Assembly (NCBI GenBank): GCA_034523095.1
Contig: JAXHKU010000017.1
Location: 5,641-69,640 of the forward strand
DNA: 64,000 nucleotides
Reading direction: 5' to 3'
Origin: Cyclobacteriaceae bacterium
GTDB taxonomy: Bacteria > Bacteroidota > Bacteroidia > Cytophagales > Cyclobacteriaceae
A model generated the notes under the pieces. That model saw nothing but the letters and a program-made list of their open reading frames with translations, was not told where the DNA came from and made no database searches. The translations under genes were made by a program, and so were the position numbers. Of the stretch, positions 41,763 to 52,199 are shown piece after piece. Numbering within the stretch: the stretch's first letter is position 1; each line of letters begins with the position of its first letter.

Positions 41763-42887
41763 CTATTGCTTTTTATTAAATATTGAACTTATAAGCAGCG
41801 AAATATCCAGGAATACAATCCTGGCATTGGCGTTTCGCTCAAGATGGTATTGCGCTGTATTTAGCACTTCATAAATCGATTTGAGCTTTTCCTGATCAAG
41901 TATAGTCGAAAAATTATCAACAAACATCCGCTCCTTGCTGCCCGCATTGATAAGTGCGTCCTGGTTGTTGGTCTTTAGAAGGCAATCGCGGAGTATGGCC
42001 ATGCCGTATTGCAACAGGCCTCGCTGATTTATTTTGGATGCCTTACCAAATGCTTCCATCCATTCTACCATTTCATCGGTTTTATTGGAAAAGCAGCTAC
42101 GCATCCATTTATGAAACATCTCATGCGTATCCTCGTCCGGTTCTTCGAGCAGGTGGATGGCGTGATTGAGGTTCCCTGAGGAGATGCCGGCGAGTTGCGA
42201 AGCCTTTGAAGGACTGACTTCGTGATGTTTTTGCAAATGAGTCGCTATTTCTTCATGAGAAAAAGGGCGCACTTTCAACATCTGCACGCGCGATAATATG
42301 GTGTTAATGATCTGTTCGTAGTCGTTGGTGACCATGAGAAATACGGTCATCTCTGATGGTTCTTCGAGGATTTTGAGCAATGCATTGGCGGACGCCGGGT
42401 GAAGGTATTCCGGAAGCCAGAGGATCATCACTTTGTATTCACCTTCATACGATTTCAATGACAATTTTCGGAGTATGCTTCTGCTTTCCTCCCGCGATAT
42501 ATTGAGTTGTTTGTTTTCACCACCAAAATTCAGTGACCATTCATTTGGGCCGCTGTATGGGTTTTTAATGATAAAATCCCTCCATTCCGCAATGAAACTG
42601 TCGCTGATAGCTTCCTTCACATCTTTGATGGGCGACACGGGATATACAAAATGTACGTCGGGATGAATGAGTTTTGCCATTTTGTGGCATGACGGGCAGG
42701 TGCCACAGGAGTCATTTTCTTGTCGGTTCGAGCAATTGAGCAACGTGGCATAAGCCAGCGCAAGCGCCAGGTTTCCGCTGCCTTCAGATCCGGCAAACAT
42801 CTGGGCATGCGCGACTTTTTCGGTATTCACCGCCCGGATGAGCTTTTCCTTTAACTCTTGTAACCCGGTGATTTCAGAAAATTTCAT
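41763..42887 (-). CDS. holB: DNA polymerase III subunit delta prime
   Basis: Intact 374 aa ORF with an AAA+ clamp-loader pattern (HAQMFAGSEGSGNLALALAYA), a zinc module CGTCPSCHK and SRVQ (SRC-like). Confidence 0.75.
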   Translation of the reverse strand: MKFSEITGLQELKEKLIRAVNTEKVAHAQMFAGSEGSGNLALALAYATLLNCSNRQENDSCGTCPSCHKMAKLIHPDVHFVYPVSPIKDVKEAISDSFIAEWRDFIIKNPYSGPNEWSLNFGGENKQLNISREESRSILRKLSLKSYEGEYKVMILWLPEYLHPASANALLKILEEPSEMTVFLMVTNDYEQIINTILSRVQMLKVRPFSHEEIATHLQKHHEVSPSKASQLAGISSGNLNHAIHLLEEPDEDTHEMFHKWMRSCFSNKTDEMVEWMEAFGKASKINQRGLLQYGMAILRDCLLKTNNQDALINAGSKERMFVDNFSTILDQEKLKSIYEVLNTAQYHLERNANARIVFLDISLLISSIFNKKQ

Positions 42888-44089
42888 AACGCTTCTCCCG
42901 GTCTATACTTACCCGTCATCTCAAATATATGTGCGTATAGCTCTATATCGGCATCGGTGAGTATCTTACCTCTTCGCTCCATCACTTTTGGCATCACCTC
43001 CAGCGCCTCCTTCAGTTTGTAAGTCGTAAGGCCTTGCGCCCCTCCCCAGGAAAATGAGGGTATAAATGCCCGCGTAAACCCAGCCCCAAATACATTCGCG
43101 TTTACTCCTACTACCGTGCCGGTGTTAAACATAGTATCAATGCCGCATTTACTGTGATCGCCCATGATAAGACCACAAAACTGAAGGCCCGTATCTTCAA
43201 AGCGCTCGGTGGCGTAACTCCAGATTCTGATGTTTTTATAGGTATTCTTCAAATTGGAGGTGTTCGTGCCGGCGCCGATGTTACACCATTCACCAATGAC
43301 CGAATTACCCAGAAAGCCTTCGTGCGCTTTGCTGCTGTAACCAAAAATCATAGAGTTGCTGATCTCGCCACCAACTTTGCAATAGGGCCCGATGGTTGAG
43401 TCGCCGCGGATTTGAGTGCCTATACTCAAAGCGGAGTTTTCGCAGATAGCGTTATTCCCGCGGATTACTGAGGTTTCACCGATTTCGCAATGAGCCCCGA
43501 TATAGATGGGTCCGTTTTCGGCATTCAGAACACTGGATTTAATAGTAACATTCTCCTCAATAAAAATATTCTGAGGCGCATATACAGCCGTGTATTTGTC
43601 AGTGATCGGCTGGCTTTTCCGGCCTTTTGTTATGAGGTCAAAATCATGACGTATGTTCACGCCGTTTTCCCTGAATATCTGCCAGGTATGCTGAATTATC
43701 CGCGGCGAAACTAAAAGCGAAATTTTCTCAATAGCAGGATGGCTTGCCCTTTCCATCAAATCCATGATCGTAGATGCATTCCCTCTCATGGCAATCAATT
43801 GGTCTCCAGCGAAAAGCGCCTGGTCAATTTTCAGATTTCGCACAGCATCGATCAACGTATTGTCAGGCAGCACGGCGCCATGAATGTACATGGAGTCTGC
43901 TTCATTCTGACAGGGGAACTTTGCGGAAAGGTATGGTTCGGTGAGGTAGGAATAGTTTGCAGGAAGATACCTCTCCCATTTTTCTTTGATTGTCAGTATG
44001 CCAGCTCTGATGTCGGCAATTGGGCGTGTGTATGTAAATGGCAGAAGTTGCTGCCTGGTGGCCGGATCATCAAAGAGGATTACGTTCAT
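42884..44089 (-). CDS. Putative sugar nucleotidyltransferase with a left-handed beta-helix (GlmU-family-like)
   Basis: Intact 401 aa ORF with hexapeptide-repeat-rich middle and C-terminal parts (IGAHCEIGETSVIRGNNAICENSALSIGTQIRGDSTIG). It overlaps holB by 4 nt. Confidence 0.6.
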   Translation of the reverse strand: MNVILFDDPATRQQLLPFTYTRPIADIRAGILTIKEKWERYLPANYSYLTEPYLSAKFPCQNEADSMYIHGAVLPDNTLIDAVRNLKIDQALFAGDQLIAMRGNASTIMDLMERASHPAIEKISLLVSPRIIQHTWQIFRENGVNIRHDFDLITKGRKSQPITDKYTAVYAPQNIFIEENVTIKSSVLNAENGPIYIGAHCEIGETSVIRGNNAICENSALSIGTQIRGDSTIGPYCKVGGEISNSMIFGYSSKAHEGFLGNSVIGEWCNIGAGTNTSNLKNTYKNIRIWSYATERFEDTGLQFCGLIMGDHSKCGIDTMFNTGTVVGVNANVFGAGFTRAFIPSFSWGGAQGLTTYKLKEALEVMPKVMERRGKILTDADIELYAHIFEMTGKYRPGEAL

Positions 44090-44094
44090 CCTGT

Positions 44095-44134
44095 AAAAAT
44101 AAAAAAGTCTCCATTATTCATTCATAACGGAGAC
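44095..44134 (-). terminator. Rho-independent terminator downstream of the L31 gene
   Basis: The minus strand reads GUCUCCGUUA-ugaaugaa-UAAUGGAGAC (10 bp stem with one G-U pair) followed by UUUUUUAUUUUU. Confidence 0.7.
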
Positions 44135-44156
44135 CTTTATGCTATTACTTGTATGA

Positions 44157-44399
44157 TTATTTTTTATATCGCTTGTTGAATTTCTCAACACGTCCTGCGG
44201 TATCAACAAATATTTTCTTACCGGTGTAAAACGGGTGCGAAGCTGAGCTAACCTCGATCTTGATCACCGGATAATCCTTACCATCTTCCATTTTGATCGT
44301 CTCTTTTGACGTCATGGTAGATCGTGTGAGAAATTTAAAATCACTCTGTGTATCGTGAAATACTACCTCTGAATACTTTGGATGAATACCCTTTTTCAT
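44157..44399 (-). CDS. rpmE: 50S ribosomal protein L31 (type B, no CxxC zinc motif)
   Basis: Intact 80 aa ORF with MKKGIHPKY.. and HPFYTGK. Confidence 0.9.
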   Translation of the reverse strand: MKKGIHPKYSEVVFHDTQSDFKFLTRSTMTSKETIKMEDGKDYPVIKIEVSSASHPFYTGKKIFVDTAGRVEKFNKRYKK

Positions 44400-44514
44400 T
44401 TCATTAAAATTTTGGCTTTCCTAAAAGGACTGCAAATGTATGCAAATGCCTTTCTATCTGCAAATAGTCCTGTAAAAGTTTTACTGTTGCGGAAATGATG
44501 TAATACAATGGTCA

Positions 44515-45390
44515 CTATTGATATTTCCTCAGAACTACCCTAACGCCTGACAGATAGGATGTCCCAAAAAGGTTGGCGTGGACCATGGATGGATAAATAT
44601 TATAAATGTCGAATCGCTGGCGCCAACCCGGTTCGAGCGGCCAGCGTTGTTCATAGGCTGAATAAAACTCATCATCGAAACCACCAAACATCGTCGTAAA
44701 GGCAAGTTCGATTTCGCGATGACCGTAATACACCGCCGGATCGATAAGACAGACCTGGCCATCTGCCCCAACCATGACATTGCCGCTCCACAGATCACCA
44801 TGGAGCAATGACGGCTTTTCTGCGGGTAAAAGTTGTGGAAGCCGATTATAAAAATTTCGGTACGATTTAATGAAATCAGCAGTCACTAAACTGTTTTCAA
44901 TTGCCAGCAGAAGCTGGGCTTCCAGTCGATACCTGATGAAAAAATCAATCCAATTGTCGGTTGGTGTATTGGCTTGGGGCAACTTGCCTATGTAATTGTC
45001 ATGATCCAGGCCAAAATATTTGCTGCTGTTTCGGTGCAGATCAGCAAGTGCAATACCGAAATTTTCCCAGAACCGATTTGCCTGCCGCACACTTCTGATG
45101 CATTCAAGCACCAAAAAGTGCCTTCCATCTATGTGACCATAACCTCTTACCCCCGGGATTTTGATGATATTTGGCTCGGCTAGTAGTTGCAAACCCATGG
45201 CTTCCTTCTCGAACATGTCAGCCGGAATGGCCGAATGCCACTTCAGAAAGAATTGGCCCTGGTCTGTGTCCACAACTACGGCGTTGTTTATACAGCCTCC
45301 CGACACCGGTCTTGCGCCGAATACTTTTATTGGTTTTCCAGTACAATGTGAAATGGCCAACGCATAAAAATGATTTTCTGTCCCGGCCAT
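44515..45390 (-). CDS. Fructosamine kinase family protein
   Basis: Intact 291 aa ORF with LLHGDLWSGN and IDPAVYYGHREIELA motifs. Confidence 0.85.
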   Translation of the reverse strand: MAGTENHFYALAISHCTGKPIKVFGARPVSGGCINNAVVVDTDQGQFFLKWHSAIPADMFEKEAMGLQLLAEPNIIKIPGVRGYGHIDGRHFLVLECIRSVRQANRFWENFGIALADLHRNSSKYFGLDHDNYIGKLPQANTPTDNWIDFFIRYRLEAQLLLAIENSLVTADFIKSYRNFYNRLPQLLPAEKPSLLHGDLWSGNVMVGADGQVCLIDPAVYYGHREIELAFTTMFGGFDDEFYSAYEQRWPLEPGWRQRFDIYNIYPSMVHANLFGTSYLSGVRVVLRKYQ

Positions 45391-45393
45391 ATT

Positions 45394-45876
45394 TTATTGC
45401 AGTTTATGGGTAGAAATGATCTCCTTCAGCAGATTGGCGCAGGATCGATCGAGCATTTCATAAACCTTTCTAAATCCATCGGCGCCGCCGTAGTATGGGT
45501 CAGGCACATTGTCGCCCCGGCTTATATCATCAAAATCGCGCATAAGTGAGAGTTGCGCCTTTCTGTCTGAGCTGGATATTTGCAGATTATCCAGATCGCG
45601 GAAATTTTCGCGGTCCATGGCGAGTATATAGTCGAACTCTTTGAAATCTTCAGCGACGGCTTTCCGACCCAGACTGTCGAGTATAATACCATTTTTTTCC
45701 GCGATATCTACTGACCGCGGATCAGGACTGTGGCCAATGTGCCAGCCGGAAGTTCCTGCCGAATCAACCATAATTTTCTTTTCCAGTCCAGCCATTTTCA
45801 CCTGATGTTTAAAAATGCCTTCAGCCAAAGGGGACCTGCAAATATTACCAAGACAAACAAAAAGTACTTTGATCAT
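45394..45876 (-). CDS. Low molecular weight protein-tyrosine phosphatase
   Basis: Intact 160 aa ORF with the P-loop VCLGNICRSP and a DPYYG acid loop. Confidence 0.85.
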   Translation of the reverse strand: MIKVLFVCLGNICRSPLAEGIFKHQVKMAGLEKKIMVDSAGTSGWHIGHSPDPRSVDIAEKNGIILDSLGRKAVAEDFKEFDYILAMDRENFRDLDNLQISSSDRKAQLSLMRDFDDISRGDNVPDPYYGGADGFRKVYEMLDRSCANLLKEIISTHKLQ

Positions 45877-46035
45877 TTCAGTTTTAAAATATTAATATTT
45901 CAATAAATAATGTAAATTTTTAAACAAAATGCGTTTTTGTATTAAAATAGTTATAATCAGGGGTTACCAATGTTTACTAAAAGGAATGAAAAAGTACATA
46001 ACACAAATTTATTCATACACCTGTTTAACATTCGG

Positions 46036-46067
46036 GTAAAAGCTCCTATCGGAGCTTTTACTTTTTT
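46036..46067. terminator. Strong hairpin between the AddB-like 3' end and an AT-rich spacer
   Basis: GTAAAAGCTCC-tatc-GGAGCTTTTAC (11 bp perfect stem) followed on the plus strand by TTTTTT. It lies 4 nt beyond the stop of the minus-strand gene at 46071. Confidence 0.55.
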
Positions 46068-46070
46068 ATA

Positions 46071-48918
46071 TCAACGGCTGCAAATTCCATTATACGGACA
46101 AATTTCGCAACGCTTTTTGTCTTCGGTTTGTGTGAATGAATCACTGACATCGAATATTTCTTCCAATAGCGTTCTAAGTTGCTCTTCAAAATCATCAAAT
46201 AATACCCTGATATCCATTACGATTTGTTGGTTTCGCCCCTCTTTCAACCTGATCATTGGCGAAAAGCCCTCATTGAACAATTCGCGGATATTAAAAAGCC
46301 TGGCCTGAAGTGGCGAATTGTTCCCACTTAAAAATGCCTTATAGTATATCCATCCGTAAAAGATTGTTTGAAACACAGCCTTCCTGCGACTTGTTTTGCT
46401 TGTGTCGAAAAGCGACGATATGCCTTCAAAATCCAGTGCATCCTTCCCCGTTTTATAATCCACAATCCGAATACAACCGTCTTTCTGCTCGATCCTGTCG
46501 ATAATTCCTTTTATTCCAATCTTAATCTCCGTGCCGCCGCACATTACAGGAATGGTCCATGACATTCCTTTGTTTTCATTGGCCTCGATCCCCAGGATTT
46601 CAAAGGGCGCTTGTTTCTTGTCGAACTCCAGTACCTTAAGCGCCATTTTTTCTACGATTTCGCGTGCCAGCAGAAATTGCCCTTCGTACGTGTAGCCCTG
46701 CCCAACAGCGCCAAACTGGTTTGCAAATGCCTTGTCAAGTTCAGACGGCACGAGGGAAATCAGGTTTGAAATTGCTTCTTCGGTAATCAACCGCCGACCG
46801 TCGGCGTCATGCCTGCGGTATAGGTTTTCCATGACTTTATGGAAAATATTCCCAAACACCATGGGATCAACTTCTTCGACGACTTCCTCCTGCTCTTTCA
46901 GGCCCTTTATATAACGAAAGTAAAATTTAAGTTTACAATCCAGATACATATTCAGCGCGGAAGGAGTCAGTTTATTCTGGTGGTCGTCCGTGCTCGCATA
47001 TTGCATCAGCTTCTGGATAATGGCCGTATTTTTTTTGACGATAATCGGGGACGGGTCATACAAGGTGACCTCAGGCGCGATATTCACAAAGGTAAACTGC
47101 ATGCCCGATTCGCGCTCTAACTGACGGATGTACCGACTCGCTTCGCCGGCCTTCCCATCAGCCTCGGATGAATTGAAGACGAGAAATACGTTTTTCGCCC
47201 GTTGTAGCAGTCGGTAAAAGATGTAGGCATACATCGAATTCTGATGCTCAGCTACCGGCAGTCCGTAGGCTTTGCGGATGCTGTATGGAACGAACGACGT
47301 GTTGCGCGGTGAAGGAGGAAGATTTTCCTCACTCGCTGACAGCACAATCACATTGTCGAAATCGAGGTTTCTCGTTTCCAAAATTCCCAGAATCTGCAAT
47401 CCATCCAGCGGTTCGCCCTCAAAGGGTAGTCGCTCTTGTTGCACAATTAACCTGAACAATTTACTAAACGCCGTCGCAGAAAGCATGAGTTTTCGCGATT
47501 CAGCAAACTGTTGGAATTGCTGAAGTAGGCGGTAAAAATGGTAAATAAATTCCTTCTGAACGGTTTCCTGCTCACGTGAACCAAGAAATGCCAAAATATC
47601 AAGTAAGTACGAATACAGTCCGTAATTCATATTCCTGAAAAGGACTCCCTCCAGTTCCTTATTGGATAATTGGAGCTTTTCAGAAGACACCCAAAGCTGA
47701 TTGTCATTCAACATGTCCCTGATGAACACCTGGTCGCTGGCCGTGAGGTAGGAATATATCAGCGGATGCCTCAGTACATTGAGCACATGCTTGTAATAGC
47801 TGACAGTTTTTCCTTTTCCGCTTTCCGCTAAATCAATCAATGACTGAAGCAATCCGAATACCGGCGAAAGCGCCAAGGGATAACCCATGGTAATGTTAAG
47901 CTTTTCCACCGAATCCGGCAGTGCGTAAAGTGTCGGTATAAGCAGTTCATTGGACGGCAGCACAACGGCAGTATTTTCATCAAACGCGCTTCCGAGCGAC
48001 TGGAGAATTCCCGGCAGTTGCTGCGCCTGACCGGTATCAGTTGCCACATTGATAACCGAAATCGACCTTTGCTGGTCATTAAACCTATTGGGATACTCCT
48101 TGCGGAATGTGTTCCGTAAAATCGAATTGGTGCCTTTGAGCTCCCGCAGAAATCGCCCGGCTTCCTGCCTCGGATCGCTGAAATAATAATCGTCGATATC
48201 CCAAACAACCTCGCCCGCAGCGTTCTCCACATACCAAGCCATGATCTTTTCTTCGCAAACAGAGAGAACATTAAACCCGGCAAAAATTGTTTTTGGAGCA
48301 ATGGGTGGAATGGACTTTTTCGTCAATCCACCAACCACTTGCTTGTAAATCAGACCATCATAGGCCAGACCCTTAGATAACAACGCTGAGCAAAAGCCCG
48401 AATAAATCTTCGGCAGATTGGTCCAAAGTGCAAGGAAACCCTTTTGCTCTGATGATTGGAGCGGCTCAAAACTGCGCCAAAAATCCATGATGAGTTTCCG
48501 CTGATCTTCCTGTAAATAACTTATGTCTGCCTCTATCGCTTTTACATGAGCCAGGTTTTTAAACAACTCTTCCGGATCGACAAGGAATTTGTCGAGTTCA
48601 TCGAAGTCGGCAAGGAGTACGGTGCCCCAGTAATAAAATGAGTCAAAGGATTCCTCGCTCTTTAGTATTTTCCTGAATACCTGGTAGAGTTCGCAAACCA
48701 GATCCAGCTTTTCACTTTTTTTCAGGGACGAATGAGCGACGATAAATTCCTCAATACTCATAACCCCGGGGCGACCAAATCGGACTAACCACCCTTTCGG
48801 CCAGGTACTTCCGGAAGAAAAGTCCGGCTCTTCTGTTGGGAAACACGTAGGTCACCTCATCTCCACCGGCTGGATAGCGACTTATAAAATCATCAGCGAG
48901 CTCTTCTAAAAACTTCAT
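46071..48918 (-). pseudogene. PD-(D/E)XK nuclease family protein (AddB-like subunit) with one frame break at 48764-48771
   Basis: The 896 aa ORF 46071..48761 ends with the nuclease motif IRIVDYKTGK and a cysteine cluster CEICPYNGIC. The true N-terminus (MKFLEELADDFISRYPAGGDEVTYVFPNRRAGLFFRKYL, ATG 48916-48918) is in another frame. The junction is at CCCCGGGG. Confidence 0.75.
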
Positions 48919-48919
48919 C

Positions 48920-51900
48920 TCAGACTACTTTTTCCACTTCCCCATGCTCCGTATAGAGCAGGTAACCTTCCACGGATTCAAAGCCCATCTCCTTCATCAA
49001 ATTGGTATAATAAGTCACCTGCTGCCTGTCCTTGTCGCGAGCCTGTCCGGTTTTAAAGTCAATAATAACTGCCTTTTTTCCATCAATGATCACACGATCC
49101 GGACGCCTGGCACGGCCTGATCCGGAAATGATTTCCGCTTCACGCTTCACAGACCAACGGGGATGAAACCAATCCAGTACCACGGCATTGGAAAAAATGC
49201 GATTTATCTGAGCAGTTGCCTTACCGAACTCTTCATCCGTCAGGCTTTGATTGCTGCGTCGATCTTCAAGCGTTGCGAGCGCTTCTTCCTGCCCTGATAC
49301 ATCCGCTAAAAGTTCGTGAATCAGCAATCCGTAAGAAATCCGCGCTTTCCAATCCGGTATTGTGCCGGCATCAATATCCTGCGCACCTGACCGGATTTGC
49401 ACTTTTTCGCGCCAATCCGCCGACCGGTAACCGTGGGGTTGAATTTCCTTAACGGAATCGGTTTTTTTGGTGGAATGTCTTTTTTGTCCGTCCAGCCGGT
49501 AGCAGTTGTTATGGAAATCATCCCTGTAATTCAGGAGCTTCAATGGCGATTCGGTCAATTCACAGAGTCTTTTTACAGACATGGCAACGAGATCGCCACT
49601 CGTGGTTAGTTTATCGGATTCCGGCGGGCAGTTTATCTGCAGGTACGATTCGGCGCGGGTCGTCGCCACATACAGAAGGTTCAGATTATCGATATTTCCC
49701 ATGATCATCTCCTGGTAATAGTTCCTGGCAAAATAGGTATTCTCCAGGGCAGACGAATACTTCAACGGGAATTTACCCTTACCGGCATAAGGCGCTTTTT
49801 CAGTTTCACACCAAATGGTAATGCCATGCCTGGGCTCGGGTGATAACTGCCATCCGCAAAACGGAATAATCACAGCGCCAAATTCCAAGCCTTTGGATTT
49901 ATGAATCGTCAATACACGAATGGCATCGCCGGTGTCCATTGCTGCCAATGATTTCAGATTTCCGTCCTCATCCCACCAGGCCAGAAAGTCATTGAGATTT
50001 TTTGTGCGATCAGAAAAATATTTCAATACCTCATTTTGAAATGCCTCTATATAGCCGCGCAAATTCTCCTGATTCAAATCAAAAAGCCGGATGAATTTCT
50101 CGACCATATCAAACACCGGTTGTGACGCTATGGTTGTACAAATCTGTTGAAAATCCAGTGGCAGGCTGCTTTCTGACAGAATGATATCCATGTCAGGATG
50201 ATCGCTTTCGGCTTTCCTGACCAGATAATGACTGTATTGAATATCTGCCAGAACCAAATTGTCGGTCGGGTTGGCGCAATACTTCAGGCAGTTTACGAGC
50301 AGACGCACCGCCGGAGACTTTCCGATGAAAAGCGACTCCCCCGAGACAGCATCGTACGAGTAGCCGGGTCGCGCATTCATGGAGTTTTTATGCTTTAAAA
50401 GTTGCTCAATGACCATCCTCCCTTCCTCTGCCCTGCGCACCAGTATGGCTATTTCTCCAGCAGAATAGCCCAAATCCTGTATCCGCTCAACATCCGCAGG
50501 AAGCTGCTCCAGCACCAGGTCATTCCATTTTTTATCGGTATCCTTTTCAAATACCTTTATTAATACACTACCTCCATGGCTCGCTGATTTTATCGCCGAT
50601 ATATCCTGCCTTGCTCCTTCGTATAGTTTCCGGATATCTTCGACGGAATTGTTAAGTTCCGATTTAATGGTCGCATCAGGTAATTCAATGGCAGAATAGA
50701 GATTATCCGCGACGAGACCCGGCGCTATGTGGTAGAGGGCGTTATTAAACTCAACGATGTTTGCCTCGCTGCGCCAGTTGGTTTGAAGGTTTTTCGTCAC
50801 TACGTAGTTGCGACTCAGATCCTCCTCCACCTGGTGCAAAATAAGACTCCAGTCGCCTCCGCGCCATCGGTAAATCGACTGCTTTCCATCCCCAACCAGC
50901 AGGCTTTTATGGCCTTGCGACAAACCATTTTCTACCAGTGGTTTGAAATTTTTCCACTGGAATCCGGAGGTATCCTGAAACTCATCGATGAGATAATGGC
51001 GGTACCAGGACCCGGTCTTTTCATATATAAATGGCGCTTCGTTTTCTGCAATGATTTTCTGCAAAAATACAGGCACATCCGCAATGAGCATTATGTCGTT
51101 TTGCTGTCTGTACGCTTGCAACTTGGCAGCAAGTTTGGCCAAAATGCCATACAGGTAAAAGTTGCCCATAACCTGAACTGCTGAAAAATAGGCCTGATGA
51201 TGTTCCTCAAAGTAATTCATCAATGCGCCAGCCTTCGCCATCAGACCTGCGTTGAGCGCCAAGCGGATAGTAACAATCTGCGGTGAATTTTTTGTAAACC
51301 ATTTCGATTCATCGTGAACGGCTTCGATGAAACGCTTGCCGGGAAGAAAATCCTTTTTCTGACTGACTTTTAAAAAATAGCCGGCAGGGCCACTCATTTT
51401 ATTGGAAAAATCATCGATAGAAAGTCGATGATCGCTCACAATGGTCAATGCTTCATTCGCCATTTGGCTCATCTCCTTTTCGAACCGGTTCCTGATTTTT
51501 TTAAGTTCATCCAGAAACCTGCGATAATCAGTGGCATCGCCATCACCGGAATTAACATTTGTCTCCTTCAATAGCTCCGAAGCAAATTTTTTGATTTTCC
51601 GACGAATGTCCCATGCTTCTCCACTTTCTACAGCGTCCGTGGAAAAGTCGATCAGCCACTCGGTGAGCTCCTTGTCAGGCCCTACGTCTTCGATAAGCAA
51701 ATCGATAACCTCATCCAGCACTTTGCCCTGATCAAGTTCAACGCTGAAATTGCCCATGAGGCCCAGCTCTTTGGCAAAGGCTTTGACAATTTTCTGGAAG
51801 AATGCGTCGATGGTGCTGATGGACAACTGCGAATAATTGTGGAGAATATTGTCCAGCACCTTGGCGGCTCGCTCCATCACCAGGTCCTCGGTGCATCCAA

Positions 51901-52147
51901 CTTTTTCCCTGATGTCTTTCATAAGGCCCGGGTCGCTATTGATCGACAGCTTTTCCAGGTTACCGATGATCCGTTCCTTCATCTCCCGCGTAGCCTTGTT
52001 GGTGAAGGTTACTGCAAGGATTTTGTTGTACAAGCCGGGGTCTGCAATACAAAGTGAAATAAACTCCAGCGCAAGGCTATACGTCTTGCCCGAACCGGCG
52101 GAGGAGCGGTAGATGATGAAGCCGTTTTTTTCAGAATCGGGATTCAA
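48920..52147 (-). CDS. UvrD/Rep-type helicase with a C-terminal PD-(D/E)XK nuclease (AddA-like subunit)
   Basis: Intact 1075 aa ORF with Walker A SSAGSGKTYSL, motif II IDEFQDTS, TIHKSKGLEF, and C-terminal RPDRVII..AVIIDFKTG. Confidence 0.8.
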   Translation of the reverse strand: MNPDSEKNGFIIYRSSAGSGKTYSLALEFISLCIADPGLYNKILAVTFTNKATREMKERIIGNLEKLSINSDPGLMKDIREKVGCTEDLVMERAAKVLDNILHNYSQLSISTIDAFFQKIVKAFAKELGLMGNFSVELDQGKVLDEVIDLLIEDVGPDKELTEWLIDFSTDAVESGEAWDIRRKIKKFASELLKETNVNSGDGDATDYRRFLDELKKIRNRFEKEMSQMANEALTIVSDHRLSIDDFSNKMSGPAGYFLKVSQKKDFLPGKRFIEAVHDESKWFTKNSPQIVTIRLALNAGLMAKAGALMNYFEEHHQAYFSAVQVMGNFYLYGILAKLAAKLQAYRQQNDIMLIADVPVFLQKIIAENEAPFIYEKTGSWYRHYLIDEFQDTSGFQWKNFKPLVENGLSQGHKSLLVGDGKQSIYRWRGGDWSLILHQVEEDLSRNYVVTKNLQTNWRSEANIVEFNNALYHIAPGLVADNLYSAIELPDATIKSELNNSVEDIRKLYEGARQDISAIKSASHGGSVLIKVFEKDTDKKWNDLVLEQLPADVERIQDLGYSAGEIAILVRRAEEGRMVIEQLLKHKNSMNARPGYSYDAVSGESLFIGKSPAVRLLVNCLKYCANPTDNLVLADIQYSHYLVRKAESDHPDMDIILSESSLPLDFQQICTTIASQPVFDMVEKFIRLFDLNQENLRGYIEAFQNEVLKYFSDRTKNLNDFLAWWDEDGNLKSLAAMDTGDAIRVLTIHKSKGLEFGAVIIPFCGWQLSPEPRHGITIWCETEKAPYAGKGKFPLKYSSALENTYFARNYYQEMIMGNIDNLNLLYVATTRAESYLQINCPPESDKLTTSGDLVAMSVKRLCELTESPLKLLNYRDDFHNNCYRLDGQKRHSTKKTDSVKEIQPHGYRSADWREKVQIRSGAQDIDAGTIPDWKARISYGLLIHELLADVSGQEEALATLEDRRSNQSLTDEEFGKATAQINRIFSNAVVLDWFHPRWSVKREAEIISGSGRARRPDRVIIDGKKAVIIDFKTGQARDKDRQQVTYYTNLMKEMGFESVEGYLLYTEHGEVEKVV

Positions 52148-52199
52148 ATGTTTGATGGTATTTTGTTCGAATATAAAAAATGCATGGCTACGTTTTCAC

